Of a stretch of 64,000 bases of DNA, positions 24,789-62,995 are shown piece by piece (the first letter of the stretch is position 1; every line of letters starts with the position of its first letter). Both the position numbers and the translations under genes were made by a program. The notes beneath the pieces were generated by a model. That model was not told the origin of the DNA and searched no databases. It saw only the letters and a list, made by a program, of their open reading frames with translations. Source of the DNA: Lingula anatina (lineage: Eukaryota; Animalia; Brachiopoda); assembly GCA_051362555.1 (NCBI GenBank), contig CM120643.1:10478001-10542000 (forward strand). Reading direction: 5' to 3'.

Positions 24789-26739
24789 TCAATCGACCTT
24801 CGCACGGGACCGTTTGTTTTTAGTCAACTTTCTTGTAGCTGCTTGGAGTCGGGAAGGCGTACATTTTTGTTCGACCACCCTTGCAAAACTGGAAGGTAAA
24901 TGCTATCTATTTCTTCATTTGTTTCATAGCACTCAAATCAAACGAAAATGTTGTTTTACTTTTATTTTCTTTACACAAACTACTAAAAGATAATGCAAAT
25001 TAAGGAATCAAATCAAATCAAAATTATATAATCTCAAAATGCATAAACAACATAACGAAAATAGGTAAAATTTTTGATTTTAATTTTGGCACAATAAAAT
25101 ATTGCTTTAAGTTTACCAACATCGAAAGAATGAATTTGATTGATCTCATTAATTCCAAATTAAAATAAAAATTAATTTTCTCATTTCAATTTGTAGAAAA
25201 AAAAACTATAGTAAAGTAGACCATCCACTGTATCAAGTATCAACCATAAAGTGAAATTAACATAAAACTTAATAAAAAAACAATAATTATCATTTCACTC
25301 CACCCTCAGCAAACATAAATGATAATCATCAAAGTCTAGCAGAGGGTTGATAAAGCCATTTCTTCAAAATTGAAGAAATATCTTTGAAATTGTCATCTTC
25401 CTGCAATAACAGTTTCATTTTTACTGACATTTTTTGCTGATCTTGTCCTTGTTTGCCTTTTACAAACAAACTCATTACACTGGTTATGAATATGCATATA
25501 GTGTTAATCCACAAAAAAAAAAAGATGTTTTAGATAAAGAAATTGTTGTTACAAAAGACAAAATATCAACCCCATCCTAGACGTGAGACCCACTGACTTC
25601 ATAATGTCTCAGTGAATCCAGTTTCTACCTGACATAAACATAATCAAAATGGTAGATAAAATCAACAAAATGTCTCCAAGAGGAATATTGCTAAATAATT
25701 GTAATTCTATTCTGGTCAAACACTCTTACTAATTCAAGTGATGGTAGGTGACCACTCCACCCTTCTGCTTGAATGCTACTCTTCTGCAAATATCAGTGCA
25801 ATACTTATCACTCTCATGTCATGTGATGGTCATGTGATTGCCATGTGATCAAACATGTGACAGACAGTTGAGCATAATGTGATAGTCATGTGATCAGCAT
25901 GAAATTGCAACCAACTATTCATTTTTTTTGGCACTTCAACTTGTGCTACATATAAAAAAATGACATGTTATTCAAACTGCTTACAGTAATGAGCATAAAG
26001 TGAGTTTTGTGTGCTTTATTAAAGAGGAAAAATAGTGACAGAAGTAAAACCAACATATGTTTATAGCAATCATTATATTAGTTGGCCATGGCAACATGAA
26101 TGTAGAATGTATAAAATACTGATGGTAATTTGATAAGTAAAAATAGCTTTTTTCTTTTTGATTGTTGCAATAAATATATAACTTTTTCCTTTGTAAATTT
26201 TTTAATTTTGGAAAATGCTTGGTTTTTAGAAGGAATACATGTAGTAATGCACATGGAAAACTTTGTATAATGTATATTGCTTTACAGTAAAACAATGAAA
26301 CAGGGAAAAAAGGTGAAAAAAAACAAAGAATCTATGAAATAAAAATGAGTTTTGGTATTAATTACAATTATAACTAAAATAGAGACTAAGAAGCTAAGTT
26401 ACAATGTAACCCAACAGGGTGTTCCAATTAACACGTAGTAATATTGATTTAACTGAGTTTCTTTGTTTTTAATATTAATTTTTAAATATCTCAAATATTT
26501 AAAAAATTCTCCCATGTGTGCGCATGCGTGTTTGCTTATTTCAAATGCAGGAATGCTGAATTTTTTTCCACTTCTTTTTTTTGACACAAAATTTTATCAG
26601 CTTTACCAGAAAAGAACATCGGCATAATTTTCAGATGCCACATTTGGGTTTGAATTGTTGGAACACCCATAAGGATAGAGAAGCACATCTCTACTGGCTG
26701 AGAGTCATTGCTACAGAGATAAAGCTAGGTGAAAGGACC

Positions 26740-46826
<20,087 letters not shown>

Positions 46827-46841
46827 GTTGTTTATGACAAC
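46827..46841. promoter_or_regulatory. X-box (RFX site)-like palindrome immediately upstream of the MORN1 ATG
   Basis: GTTGTTTATGACAAC resembles the RFX X-box (GTTGCCATGGCAAC-like), as expected for a cilia-associated gene. Confidence 0.55.
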
Positions 46842-47725
46842 CCTGCGAGATTCTCGTAAAATCTCGTACGAGAGCACAGCTGTAGCAATTGCATTCATAC
46901 ATAATATATCTGTATGATTTATAGTGTTCAAGTTTTGATGGTGAAATATTGTTTTTAATATAGGCCCTAATAGTGAGTTTTGAATGAGTAACAATAACAT
47001 ATCATTTGAAATACGATTTACAACTATTGAAATAAAGGAATGGTTTTATGCTCAAATACTGTTCTTCTAAGGATTCTTGAGTTTGAAGTTTAATTAGGCC
47101 CTATACCTAAAATTCCTAAAGAGTACAAATAATTAAAGGTACATACGAACCGAGCATCGGTGGAGCGTGGATTCCCAGTAACACATATAAACCACTTCTA
47201 CTAGATTCTTATATGACTCAAATAAATTCGACATGCCAAGGGATAAACTGAATAGATCAATCGATCAGCCATAAAATACCTTTAGACTGCTCCTTTCTTT
47301 AAATTTTTGGTTGTAAATTTAACCTACTTTCGTGACCTACTTTCCTGCCCCATTGACATACAGCTAAGAATGCCAGCAGAAAAATCCGTTCAAACATCAT
47401 TTTCGGGTAAAATTAAGCAATGCCTTTTGGTAATTCTCTTAGTTATATTACTTGGAACTATATGCTGGCATTTGGTTGGTTTTTGTGACAAAAAAATTGA
47501 CTTTGTATGCATCTTTAAGTTTGAAATTCTGTTTCGGCTTTTTATTTTCATATCTCAAAAGTCAGGTTTTTGTTATCATAATTACTATTTTATTTATTTT
47601 TAATTATGTATCACTTTTAAGCGCTCTATCAGTATTGAAATTTCAGATGCATTTTGGTCCTCACACTCACAAATTAGCTGAATAAAATTATTTGTTTATA
47701 TAGCACCTTGTTTATAATTCTTCAC

Positions 47726-47779
47726 CCCCCCCCCCCGCCCGCTCAGACCCACCCTTCAATATATCCTGGATCCGCCCCT
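47726..47779. mobile_element. Truncated MITE end (...ctggatccgcccctg) at the inner breakpoint
   Basis: Reverse complement of a CAGGGGCGGATCCAG-type terminus; only one end is present. Confidence 0.55.
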
Positions 47780-49287
47780 GTACAGATACCTTGTCTTTTA
47801 AGATAATCACCTTAGATATGCATTCTTTTCTTTTTTTTTTAACAGAATCAAAGCGTGAGGCACCAATGCATGAGTAATCCCAGTAAATGGATTTGGGGTT
47901 TCGTTTCATTTTCCTTTTAACCTATCTCAACTCTTTCTTATTCATTCATTTATTCATTAGACGTCAGACCAAATAGCTGAAATGCATGTTCCATATACAT
48001 GCCTTTCTGTGTAATATCCAATGTTTGCATTTCTTTATAGGGAGGCCTATAGGCCTACGATGTAGGTCTTATATTAACACATAAATGTATGGACCCTCCA
48101 GCACTAAGGTCCCAAAAGCATAGATAGTGGGCTTGTGGCAGTGCCACAGCTTTGTGAATTGGGTTTTAAATTTCTTAATCTTGAATTATTTTCTTTTAGG
48201 ATAATTTTTCACGTCCACCGTTTATAAAACATTAAGATAAAATTATAAACATAAATGGTGGCAGAGCCACGTACGGCATATAGGGCCTATAACAAAAATT
48301 CTGGTTTTACGTTTCTTAGTCTTGTAATGTTTTTCTTGGTAAGTACTGTTTATAATATTTCCATTTCTTGTGTCAGTGAAGAATTATAAACAAGGTGCTA
48401 TATAAACAAATAATTTTATTCAGCTAAATTTCAGCTGAATTTCTAGAGGTTTGTGCAGCCTTCAAATACAACCCATACTGTGGAAAAAGACCTGAGCATG
48501 TGAAATTCCAAGTGATTAAAAAAAAAACCCACTCCCTTCAAACGGATGGGCAAACTGAACATCGATGACGAAGTGCACTTGTTTGCTATCGATTTGTCTT
48601 TGTTCCAAATAATCAAAACATAAGACCCAGTTGATGCAAACTTAGAGCGCTACTCTTAAATTGCATTAAATACCTATTTTTCATTCAGTTTATCGATGGC
48701 ACATTTTCTATGCACTTGCCTACTTAGCTACCGGATACTAGTACATGTATACATGTACCTGTACATGTACTTAGTGTTACAGTACTAGTGGTACAAGTAC
48801 CAGCTACTGGTACAATGTACATGTGTTGGGTAAATACTGTATTGTGGTGCTGTATAGACGAGTATGTATTTGTATGTTTATTAAACAATATCCAGTAAAA
48901 TAATGGCATTATACAGTGTATATGTATGTGTGGTAAAATACTCTTATTATATGCAGTTTGATCCATAGTCTCAACTATATGTACACTGTACCTGTAGCAG
49001 ACATAAATACCGAAAAACAATTCCAGAGATACTAGTAGTAGTACAAGCAAAAAAGGGGTGGGGTGGGGGGGGGGGGATTAATTGCTACTACATGTACGAG
49101 TTAATTTTATAATTAAGAATGCTGTGCAAGGTGTGTGTGTGTGTGTTGGGGGGGGGGGGGTAATTGCTACTACATGTACAAGTTAATTTTATAATTAAGA
49201 ATGCTGTGCATACTGCTTTATTGATGTGTGTAATAATGGGTTCTAAAGATTCATGCTTTTATCTGATGTTTTACAATTTATTTCTAG

Positions 49288-53359
<4,072 letters not shown>

Positions 53360-53383
53360 GTGAGTTTGTGAACCTTTTTTCCC

Positions 53384-53435
<52 letters not shown>

Positions 53436-56400
53436 AAGGACTGTGGTCTTCACTACCTTGTTATTAACTTTGTCTAACAACACTGATTTGATTCTAACAA
53501 TTAAAAAAAAATATATCTAAAACAACCAAACAAAACCCAAGTGACTGAAACTGAGGGTAAAAACAGGCCAATATGTTTTCTTTGAGGTAACGTTGATTAA
53601 TATATCGTTTTCTTCTTGATTCTTAATTCTGTGCCATTCTTTTTATTTAGGCAGCATAATAGTACTGTAAGTCAACTGGCAAATTTGGATGATTTATTTT
53701 TGATATCATCAATGAGTTGCTCTATTCTATATCAGATAAACTTGATAGGGGCAAGTGGGGTGCTTTAAGAACATATTTTGATTTGGAAATGGGTTTTCTT
53801 CACATTTCTTGAATTTGAAAGGACAATGGTCATGGCGTCAGAATGGCCCAAACGGAACATATTCTTCAGAAAACATGCCCAACTAACGACATCTTTATCC
53901 AAATACACAAATTAAAAGCTCATTTTGTAAATTTTGGACTTTAAAAAATGTCCTATTTGCTCGGCCTGAGAGTTAATGAGCTACGTGGTCATGTGGTTCG
54001 ATGACGACAATCGTGCCACCGGCGGAACTGTCGAACTTCTGATAAAAGTTTATACTCATTCAAATCTCTTACCCGAGGGGTCAAAACCCTCGTGAAACTG
54101 TGTAAAACCATTTACCGTCTATTCAATTCTTTAACAAGCATTTAATTATGCTTATCCCAAGTTGTATAAAACACTGCATTTGAATGACTTAAGGGTACTG
54201 TTGATTATTCCATATGAGGTCCATGTTATTTGTGAAATTCAATTTATTTTATTAAACCGCTGACACCCCGTCTTGCATACTTTTATTAAACTGAGGTAAA
54301 CAAGGCCTGTTACCTTTACAAGTCCTATCTTAATCATCCATCTAACTGGAACTTCCTTTGTCTTGTCTTTGTCTTGCGAGTATCGAACGCACTCTCGCTG
54401 GTGATATTTATCTCAGGTAAAAATCTACATGTGCATTAGTTTCAAAGAGCAGCTCCCGCAGACCTGGGGGTACTAGATAAAATCTGAACACCAGGTTTAT
54501 TGAGGAGCTAGAGAAACAAAGGAAGAATTTTTCCTGCAGAGCTTCATAGGAATCTTAACACGATTTGAACCAGCTTAGACCTCCAAACTAACAGGGTAAC
54601 ATGGGTAATTTTCACAAACAAATAATAAAACTATATTTTAGTTCCTTTTAAATAAATATACCGTTATGGGTTAATTAGAATATTAATTAAATCGCGAGAA
54701 TATTTTTGACTTAAATGATGATTTTATTATTAATGGAAATTAATGAAGCTACTATATGTGGTTCATTTGCTGTGATTACGCTGCCCTTCCTGTTTTGCGT
54801 TAGTCTACATTTTGCTGTACGTGCTTTTTAAAATATGTGCGTACAATTTTTGCAGGTCTGGTTATGCCCCTGTTATGTGATGAAAGTCTAAATTTGGCAA
54901 TTGGTTCCTTTGCTTATTAGAATAGAATTGCAGTGTAAAATTTTCAACAAGATGTTGGTGCAATAGCCCTTCACTCTTTGTGGATATTTCCCCTGTCAAA
55001 GTTTCTCTAAAATTATCTTTCAATCTTTACTCTTTCAAGGGCAGTATAAAGTTATCTGACATATTTTCGTGAAAACTTAATGACAAGCCAAGTGTCTCAA
55101 GTTCATTCCGTACCCAATTTTTACCCAAGCAATTTTTTTTCTTGAGTAGATCTTTATAGCATGCTGTTATAATACAATTTTTCGAAGAGGGGATCTAAAT
55201 CAATATTTAAAAAAGTGTAGCTTCATACTTAAAAGAATTGGGTATCTACCGCTTTTATAATATACCAAGTTATGTACAATGAACTTAGTAATCAGTATAG
55301 TGCTCTTTTTTTACACCCAACATTCTTTTAAAAATCTGTATGTGCTATTCTTATATCCCTTACCAGGTTAAATCTCCATGCATAATTTAAAATATACTAA
55401 CGTACATAAAACTGCACATTTAGTAAATGCATGAAAGTAATGATTTTTTACATGCTTCTAGTAGCAAACAGTGCTCTTTTACCTTGATCTGCTACATGTT
55501 TTTGGGTTTGACAAAGCTTACAAATTTGCAAAAAGTTTTGTGTACAGCTGCAGAACTTGCTTTTCAAGTTATCAAATGATAAAATTATTTTATAAATCAG
55601 ATGAAATAACCTTCAGAAACAAATCCTTAAAGCATAAACGAATTAGGATTATATACAAACTATTTTATTACAGCAGTTCCCAAATTTTCTTTAATATACC
55701 CCTCTTTTTCTGTTTTTCCTCAACATGTTTTCTTCCACGGAAGTAATGCCTGGGCATACGCATGCTTCAGGATACCCTGAGAGCAATTACTTTTATTAAT
55801 GTTCGCGACAGTGTTTGAACTCAATTGTTTAAAATATTGATATTTAACGTCATTTACAAATACCAATAATATAACCCCATGAAATAAATGAGATATATTG
55901 AAAAATATGAAAGCCCACCATGACGAGTTTGATACCTGTTATTACCTGGTTTGGGATGTGCAGTGGTGCATAATTAACAGGTTTTATTGTTAACGAGCTC
56001 TTGGTCAACTACAATGCATTTAAAATGCATCAGCAATTAGTAAGCTTGCCAACTGATTACAGTTAATCTGAAAGACTATCAGCTTTTGATATGATCTAAA
56101 CCACCTGAGGTGACCATGATCTCATCGCATCGCACCTATTGTCACCGAAGTTACTAAGTCACGGAAGACCGTCACAGACAAAGAAAAGATTGTGAACAAG
56201 TGCTGCAATTTCGGTGAATCCCACAGCAACACACTGAGGCATAACGAAAATTGCTCAACTCCGTTCAACACAACTTTCCTAAACTTCTCTGTCTGTATGC
56301 ACTTGCAGCACAGTTGAGTCTTATAAATATATGTAGACCTTTATCCTCATTATCGTCACAGTACCATGTTACCCAGATCTGTTGCTTCATTTATGCATAT

Positions 56401-57000
56401 TGAGGTGAGGTTTACTAAAACGCTTTTTGTCTACTAATAGATTGTTTTTATAATTTTTTTAATAGCAGGGATCGATTAAAACATAACTGTAGTGTATAGA
56501 TTAAGTGCTGGATCTTCAGAATTCGAGAAATGGATTTTTATATGACTATTGTCCTTGAAGTCTAAATAGTCACCAACATACATGTCAATATAATAACAAC
56601 GTATTCACTCTGCAGGTGCAAAAAAGAAAAAAAAAATGCATAATATCACTTTACACATAAGTCTGTCAAAGAAAACATAGCACAAATATCAGTGCCATGC
56701 CATTTTATTAACAAAAAAATGTCTCTCCTTTATATGAACAAGACCCTTTTATCTACTGGTATGCCATTAAACCAGCCACTGAGATACAGTTAGAAACACT
56801 TAACTGTTTACACCATTTTTCACTTTTTTATATATATCCACCACACAAACAAAATCATTTAATATCACTGGCTTTTACATTATACAAACTCCATTTACAT
56901 TTGCAGATTGAAATGGCATCAAATGAAAAGAACTGCTTCTTTCTTATGCACATACAGTATGGATGTGGTCCCAGGCTTTAAAACAACAAGCAGACAATTA

Positions 57001-57223
57001 GGGACCGTTCACATGAAAAATCTATTGGCGGTATCTTGTGATCACGGTCTGTGCCCTGAATACCCCGTGGCGTAATTACTGGCAGCGCTAGCGAGTTACT
57101 TCCAAAGCTGTAATAAATTCTCGGCTGTGCTTGGAGGAGATTCTGACACCAGACCGTGATCACAAGATACCGCCAATAGATTTTTAGATTTTTAGAAAAT
57201 AGATTTTTCATGTGAACGGTCCT
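57001..57223. mobile_element. Harbinger-like MITE present only in the right arm
   Basis: TIR ggaccgttcacatgaaaaatctatt / aatagatttttcatgtgaacggtcc plus inner arms; empty site caattaggcaaagc in the left arm near 38200. Confidence 0.85.
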
Positions 57224-57813
57224 CAAGGCAAAGCATGGTTAATATCGCCATGCTGGTGGACTTGAGTACAATGGGGGAGGTTGGGTGGGTGGGGGTTATT
57301 GGTTCTAAATGCTCCTCAAAATATTTCAGCTTCTAAATTTTTTTTTTCAAGCACGTTCACTTTATTTCATACATTCAAAAGACATGTATTTTCCAATGTA
57401 AAATTTAGATGTCTCAACCAAAATTCTTTATCGCATCTTTCACCACAGAGAGCCAGCTACATGCATGATTATGAATTTTAGAGTTTGTTTACAGCTAGTG
57501 AAGTTTATATATTTAGAACAGGTATACTTCAGTTGTGTAATGGTTGATTTAATTTTAATATATTAAAATTGCATTTTTTGGTTGGCAACAATATCTTAAC
57601 CAGTGTTGACTTAAACTGTAACTGGTGTGAACTCAACCATAAAAATATTGCACATCTTGTAGTTTTAAATCTAAATATAGATGATAATTGAAACTCCATA
57701 AATTATTATGGTGGAATTTAAAAGAAACTTGGCTTTTTCTACACTCAGCTGTCACCCTGTTACCTCCAACCCCCCCCCCCCCCAAAAAATAATAATAAAA
57801 ACAAAAACAAAAA

Positions 57814-57847
<34 letters not shown>

Positions 57848-58442
57848 GCAGGATGTCACATTAGTTAACCATTGTGCAAATAATCTGATCAAATAGTTTT
57901 AGTAATTTTAATTGAATTTCATAAAATTCCCATGTATACCCTATACTGTTAGAGTGAACTTATTGGCATAATTTACTATTTAGTAGATGGGACATATTTG
58001 GAGATTTTATAAAACAATTTTGATAGTTTTTGCACAATATTTTTGACTTATGTGGCACTCAAAAATCATTTTATGTGATAAAAAAGAGACATGCAGGGTT
58101 ACTACACTTTCTTTTTTCTGACAGCCTGGTCAAAAAGTTAGAAAAAACAAACTATCTCTGGAGGAAAAATTAAAGAAATAAAAAAAAAAAAGAAGAAGTT
58201 GGGACTGTTAAAAATGAATGAAATATGAAAAAATGAATTTACTGAAGGTAATACACCTTTACAGAATAATGCATTTAGTTAAAAAAAGAAAGAAATATTT
58301 TATGAATAACAACAACTATTAAGTTACGGTAGCCCTACTTTACTAGTACATTCAAAAAGTCCTTACTAATAAGTACTTGAATTAGAGCCTCAAAAGTCTT
58401 TGAAAATCCTTGATTTTTAACTTACTGTATGAACCTACAATT

Positions 58443-59522
58443 TCATTCCCCCCAATCATAAAGAAGTTCTACCTCTTTTTCAATTACAGTACTGTTTTCA
58501 GCGATGTAAAAATATGTTGCTAGCGCTGTGTCTGAGATTTCGGGGAAAATACTGTACCATTTGTTCTGATTTGCAAATTCAAGGAGATCAATTTCCCATG
58601 GTTTGTGCGTGTCACTAGGTTCTTCTTCCTCCCTTATAAGTTCAAGATTTTTGTCTCTATTTATCATGCGATAAACTTGTTTGTCTTTGGTCAGATAGTA
58701 TTCAACTTTATCATCAGCATTCCTTTTTTTCTGCTGAAATCCCTGCATGCTCTGCAAATTGTCAAGCTTTTGTTTTTCTTCAGAATCTTTGATTTTCATC
58801 CTTGATTGCTGCTTTTTCATGTCATACCAGTGTAAAAATTCCTCCCAATGCCTGGCTTTTGGTGAAAATCCTTCCAGAAGAATCATGCCATGCAACTCAT
58901 TGTCATGCAAAGAAGTGGAGAATGCTGGATTGTAAATGAGTTGGCGAGTGATATACCCATTGCCCAAAAGGAAGGCATAGATATTCGGATTTGATGCATG
59001 CTGCTTGTGGGCAAGCTTCAGCCATTTGTAAAACTGTGGCGACACCATTGTATTGTCGTGCAAGAAGAGGACAATTTCTTTTACGTTACTTGCAGGTCTC
59101 CATGTATTTGTCCACTGGAAATCCCTTCCTTTATGTATGGGTTGAACATGCACTGATACAAGGACGTTATCACACTTAAAGCTATTTGCTACATACAGAG
59201 TACTCATATCTATTGTATTATCTTCATTTCTGTCTATCCAGATTTCAATCTCAACGCGATCCATTTGGAATTCTGCTTGACATACAGATGTCAGTGTTGT
59301 TTGCAGGCATTGAGATTGGTTCATGGTTAAAACTATGACTCGTAGATCAGTCGGATGGCTGTTCAGGTACTGAGCGATGAAGTTCCTCGTATCTTGTCTT
59401 ATATCCATTTGGTATATGTGCCCTATATAAAGCTGAAACAGCCCTATACATACAAGAACCAAACCTGCCAAAACGGGGCCACTCCAGAATTTTTTCATGT
59501 TAAAATTATTTTCCTTTGCCAT
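58443..59522 (-). CDS. Glycosyltransferase-like protein, copy B (359 aa from Met)
   Basis: Intact ORF of the same length as copy A; 19 amino-acid differences by my count. Confidence 0.8.
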   Translation of the reverse strand: MAKENNFNMKKFWSGPVLAGLVLVCIGLFQLYIGHIYQMDIRQDTRNFIAQYLNSHPTDLRVIVLTMNQSQCLQTTLTSVCQAEFQMDRVEIEIWIDRNEDNTIDMSTLYVANSFKCDNVLVSVHVQPIHKGRDFQWTNTWRPASNVKEIVLFLHDNTMVSPQFYKWLKLAHKQHASNPNIYAFLLGNGYITRQLIYNPAFSTSLHDNELHGMILLEGFSPKARHWEEFLHWYDMKKQQSRMKIKDSEEKQKLDNLQSMQGFQQKKRNADDKVEYYLTKDKQVYRMINRDKNLELIREEEEPSDTHKPWEIDLLEFANQNKWYSIFPEISDTALATYFYIAENSTVIEKEVELLYDWGE

Positions 59523-61328
59523 TAATTCATATGAATCAGTTCCTGTTTTCAAAACTGATTCCAATTTTTGTGTCTCAGAGCAACAGTACAACCAGTTCCA
59601 AAAATGTTTAGAGTTTCCAAGTGTAGGTAAAAGTGTAGGCTTCTCAAATCCCTCCTGTTTTATAGGCAGATGTCTCCTTTAGACTCTGCTTAGCTCCAGT
59701 TGAGAATTGATTCAAACTGTGTTCAACTGCTTGCCCTTCATTGTTATCGACTGCTCCACTTTTATTCTGTTCACATTCGCAGTTTCATTGTATCTTTCTC
59801 GTTATATACACCTGATATCCAATGCAGAGCAATTGTATTTATGTATGCAATTCCCTTGTATATACATAAATGTATATGCCAGAACTTGGAATAATTGTAC
59901 CCTTGATTCAGTATACTGTTGTAGATGCACTGTAGCACAAACTGTTGCATCCAATGTCACATCACCAACTGCAAGGTATCATCATTGGGATCCAGTCTCA
60001 AAATGCCATGAAATGAATTTTTATAGCACAGGATGCAGAGAAACCCTCAGGTGAAATCAGTCATGCTGTCCTCAGGCTTTCAGTTCAGTTTCCATACATG
60101 TTCATAATCATTTCATTTTTCACCTTCATCTGGAAGGATATAAATGTGGGAAATTAATTTATAATTTATACATATACATTGCTGTGTCATGAATGCATGG
60201 AAAGTACCAGGAGATTTTATTAGTGATCATTTCTACCTGTTTTCAGTCTATAGTTTATCCTTTCTACATACCTTACTGTAACAGTAATTACTTAAATTTT
60301 CTAATACACGTGAACCATGAAAATCTGACTCCCCTAAAATGTGACTCCCCAGTCAGATTTTCATTATGAAAATGTGACTCCCCAGTCAGATTTTCATGAT
60401 GAAAATCTGACTCCCCCTATGAAATTTTGACTCCCCCCAAAAAAACATTCATAAATCTCATTTAATTTGAGTAAATGACTATATATGATCTTGTAGTATG
60501 CATAATGGAGGACACATTGGCACTTTTTGTTAGTTTGCAGGTGAAAATTTTCATGAAAAAATAAAAAAAATTAAAGATTTGTATTTTACCACCCAAGGAC
60601 TTCCCTATGAAAAAGCTATTTATTTGACATCTGATGACCGTTTCAACATCTTTTCTTTGAGGATACTTTATGAGGAATATATTGAAAGTACTTGAAAGTT
60701 TGATGGTTAAAAAACTGGGTGAAAAAAAAAAAAAAAAAAAAAAAAAACACATTAAAAAATAAGAAAAATTAAAGATTTATATTCTAACACCCAATGAATC
60801 CCCTATACAAAAGCTACGTATTTACGTGCAGTTCTACCTCGACCATTGAGCAATCAACACGTCGTTGTCAGAACTCCTTGGCTCACAATAGTGACACGCA
60901 GGTGAATATCCTTACCACCTTACTGTGCCGCTATTAGATACACACATACAAAGGCGAGACACCTTTGTAAGGACGAGACGTCCTCGCACATAAGTGCATT
61001 TACAATCTGCGTAAGCAGACACACACTCACAAAGGCGAGACACCTTTGATGAGAACCGGGTTAGCAATCAACACGTCGTTGTCAGAACTCCTTGGCTCAC
61101 AATAGTGACACGCAGGTGACTGTCCTTACCACCTTACTGTGCCGCTATCAGTAAGCAACACCACCACTAAGCGAGATACTTTCGTGGTCTACTATATCGT
61201 CACAAGCGAGACACTTGTGAACGTACTCTCTCACTGTGATCTGCCTAGCAGATACACACATACAAAGGCGAGACACCTTTGTAAGGACGAGACGTCCTCG
61301 CACATAAGTGCATTTACAATCTGCGTAA

Positions 61329-62016
61329 TGCCCCTATTTCACACAGACCACGAATCCCACGAATGGCCAGGAATTGACAAATTTCACGATTCGTGGTTGA
61401 ATCGTAATCAGTTCGTGAAGTTCTTAACAGATTCGTATAAATTCCTAGTCAATTCTTGAACTTCTTGACCAACAGGAATTGGTGGCAAAAACTTTGATGC
61501 CCCTATTTCACACAGACCACGAATCCCACGAATCGCCAGGAATTGAAAATTTTAGGATTCGTGGTTGAATCGTAATCAGTTCGTGAAGTTCTTAACAGAT
61601 TCGTATATAATCGTAGTCAGTTCTTGCAATTCTTGATCAATCGGGAATTCGTGGCAAAAATTTTGAACTGTTCGAAGTTTTGGCCACGAACTCCCGATTC
61701 CAAAAAATAGTAGTGAATTTCTGGACAATATTCGTGCGATTCCAGCCGAATCCCACGAATATTCGTAACACTATCGCACCTGTATCGTAACTGAATCGTA
61801 GAGCGTGTCGAATTAGACCAAAAAATTGGCAAAATCTCACGATTCCAGCCGAACCCCACGAATATTCGTAACACTATCGTACCTGTATCGTAACTGAACC
61901 GTGAGCGTGTCGAATAAGACCAGAAAATTGGCAAAATCTCACGAATCCTCACGAATCCTGAAATTTGTCAATTCCTGGCGATTCGTGGGATTCGTGGTCT
62001 GTGTGAAATAGGGGCC
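61329..62016. mobile_element. PIF/Harbinger-type non-autonomous element, TAA TSD, nested in the concatemer
   Basis: TAA-tgcccctatttcacacagaccacgaatcccacgaat ... attcgtgggattcgtggtctgtgtgaaataggggcc-TAA; empty site ctgcgTAAgcagac near 61010; duplicated left end near 61498. Confidence 0.9.
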
Positions 62017-62160
62017 TAAGCAGACACACTCACAAAGGCGAGACACCTTTGATGAGAACCGGGTTCTCTCCACCTGGGGAAAACCACCTGCTGCTATACA
62101 GCATTGACCACCCCCTCACGCACACCCAACCCCTTTTTTCCTTTTTTTTCTTTCGGACTC

Positions 62161-62205
62161 TGCAGCTGATGAAGGTCACTTGTTGACCGAAAACCGCTTT
62201 CTGCA
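62161..62205 (+). ncRNA. Minimal type I hammerhead ribozyme (copy 1)
   Basis: TGCAG-CTGATGA-a-GGTCA-cttgt-TGACC-GAAA-accgct-tt-CTGCA. Confidence 0.75.
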
Positions 62206-62562
62206 ACCAGTCCACCCCCCCCCCCTCTCCAGGCTGTACGACCCGTACAACCTTTCTCTGGTCACTTTCATACAGAGGTAAGACGCCTCTCTCTGCACCA
62301 CGCTGACGTGAGACGCCTCATGCAGTACGCTGTACACAGCTACGCACACACACTCCATCAGATATAACTTTAATCTGATATATCAAATCACTCCTTCACA
62401 CAAACGTAACGAAGGAAAACAAAGGGAATTAGAGCATTAAATCTCAACCCCTAGCGTCCCACCAACAATCTCTAAGCTTTTAACTAGGGGCGCTGTCAAA
62501 ACACACGTCCCCAGGGGCCCAGCCTTGGATCGTGTTATTTTGATTTGAGGTAGTTTAACTAA

Positions 62563-62995
62563 GGCTCTATTCCCATAGATTTTAGATCGATCTATCCCTG
62601 CGGGGAGTCTCACTAGATTACTTTCAGATAATCCGACTTAAATGTCCGTCCCGCCTACTACAAGCTGTAAGAGGGTAATTAACTTTCGTGTCCGCCCGGC
62701 TGACAGCTGTCTAGCGTGAACCCCCAGGGAGTTAGGTCGATCTAAAGTAGGTCGATCTAATCTATGAAAAATGGGTGTAAGGCTCTATTCCCATAGATTT
62801 TAGATCGATCTATCCCCGCGGGGAGTCTCACTAGATTACTTTCAGATAATCCGACTTAAATGTCCGTCCCGCCTACTACAAGCTGTAAGGGGGTAATTAA
62901 CTTTCGTGTCCGCCCGGCTGAGAGCTATTTAGCGTGAACCCCCAGGGAGTTAGGTCGATCTAAAGTAGGTCGATCTAAACTATGGCAATGGGGTG
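62563..62995. mobile_element. Head-to-tail dimer of a ~215-bp Harbinger-type MITE (62563-62777, 62781-62995), separated and flanked by TAA
   Basis: Empty site gtttaacTAAggcatgagcc near 63555; filled site TAA-[unit]-TAA-[unit]-TAA-ggcatgagcc. Confidence 0.9.

Noticed and set aside
59523-59591. 23-aa N-terminal extension of glycosyltransferase copy B in the ORF track
   Set aside because: It begins at a TTG start and is out of frame in copy A (4-nt indel before the ATG).
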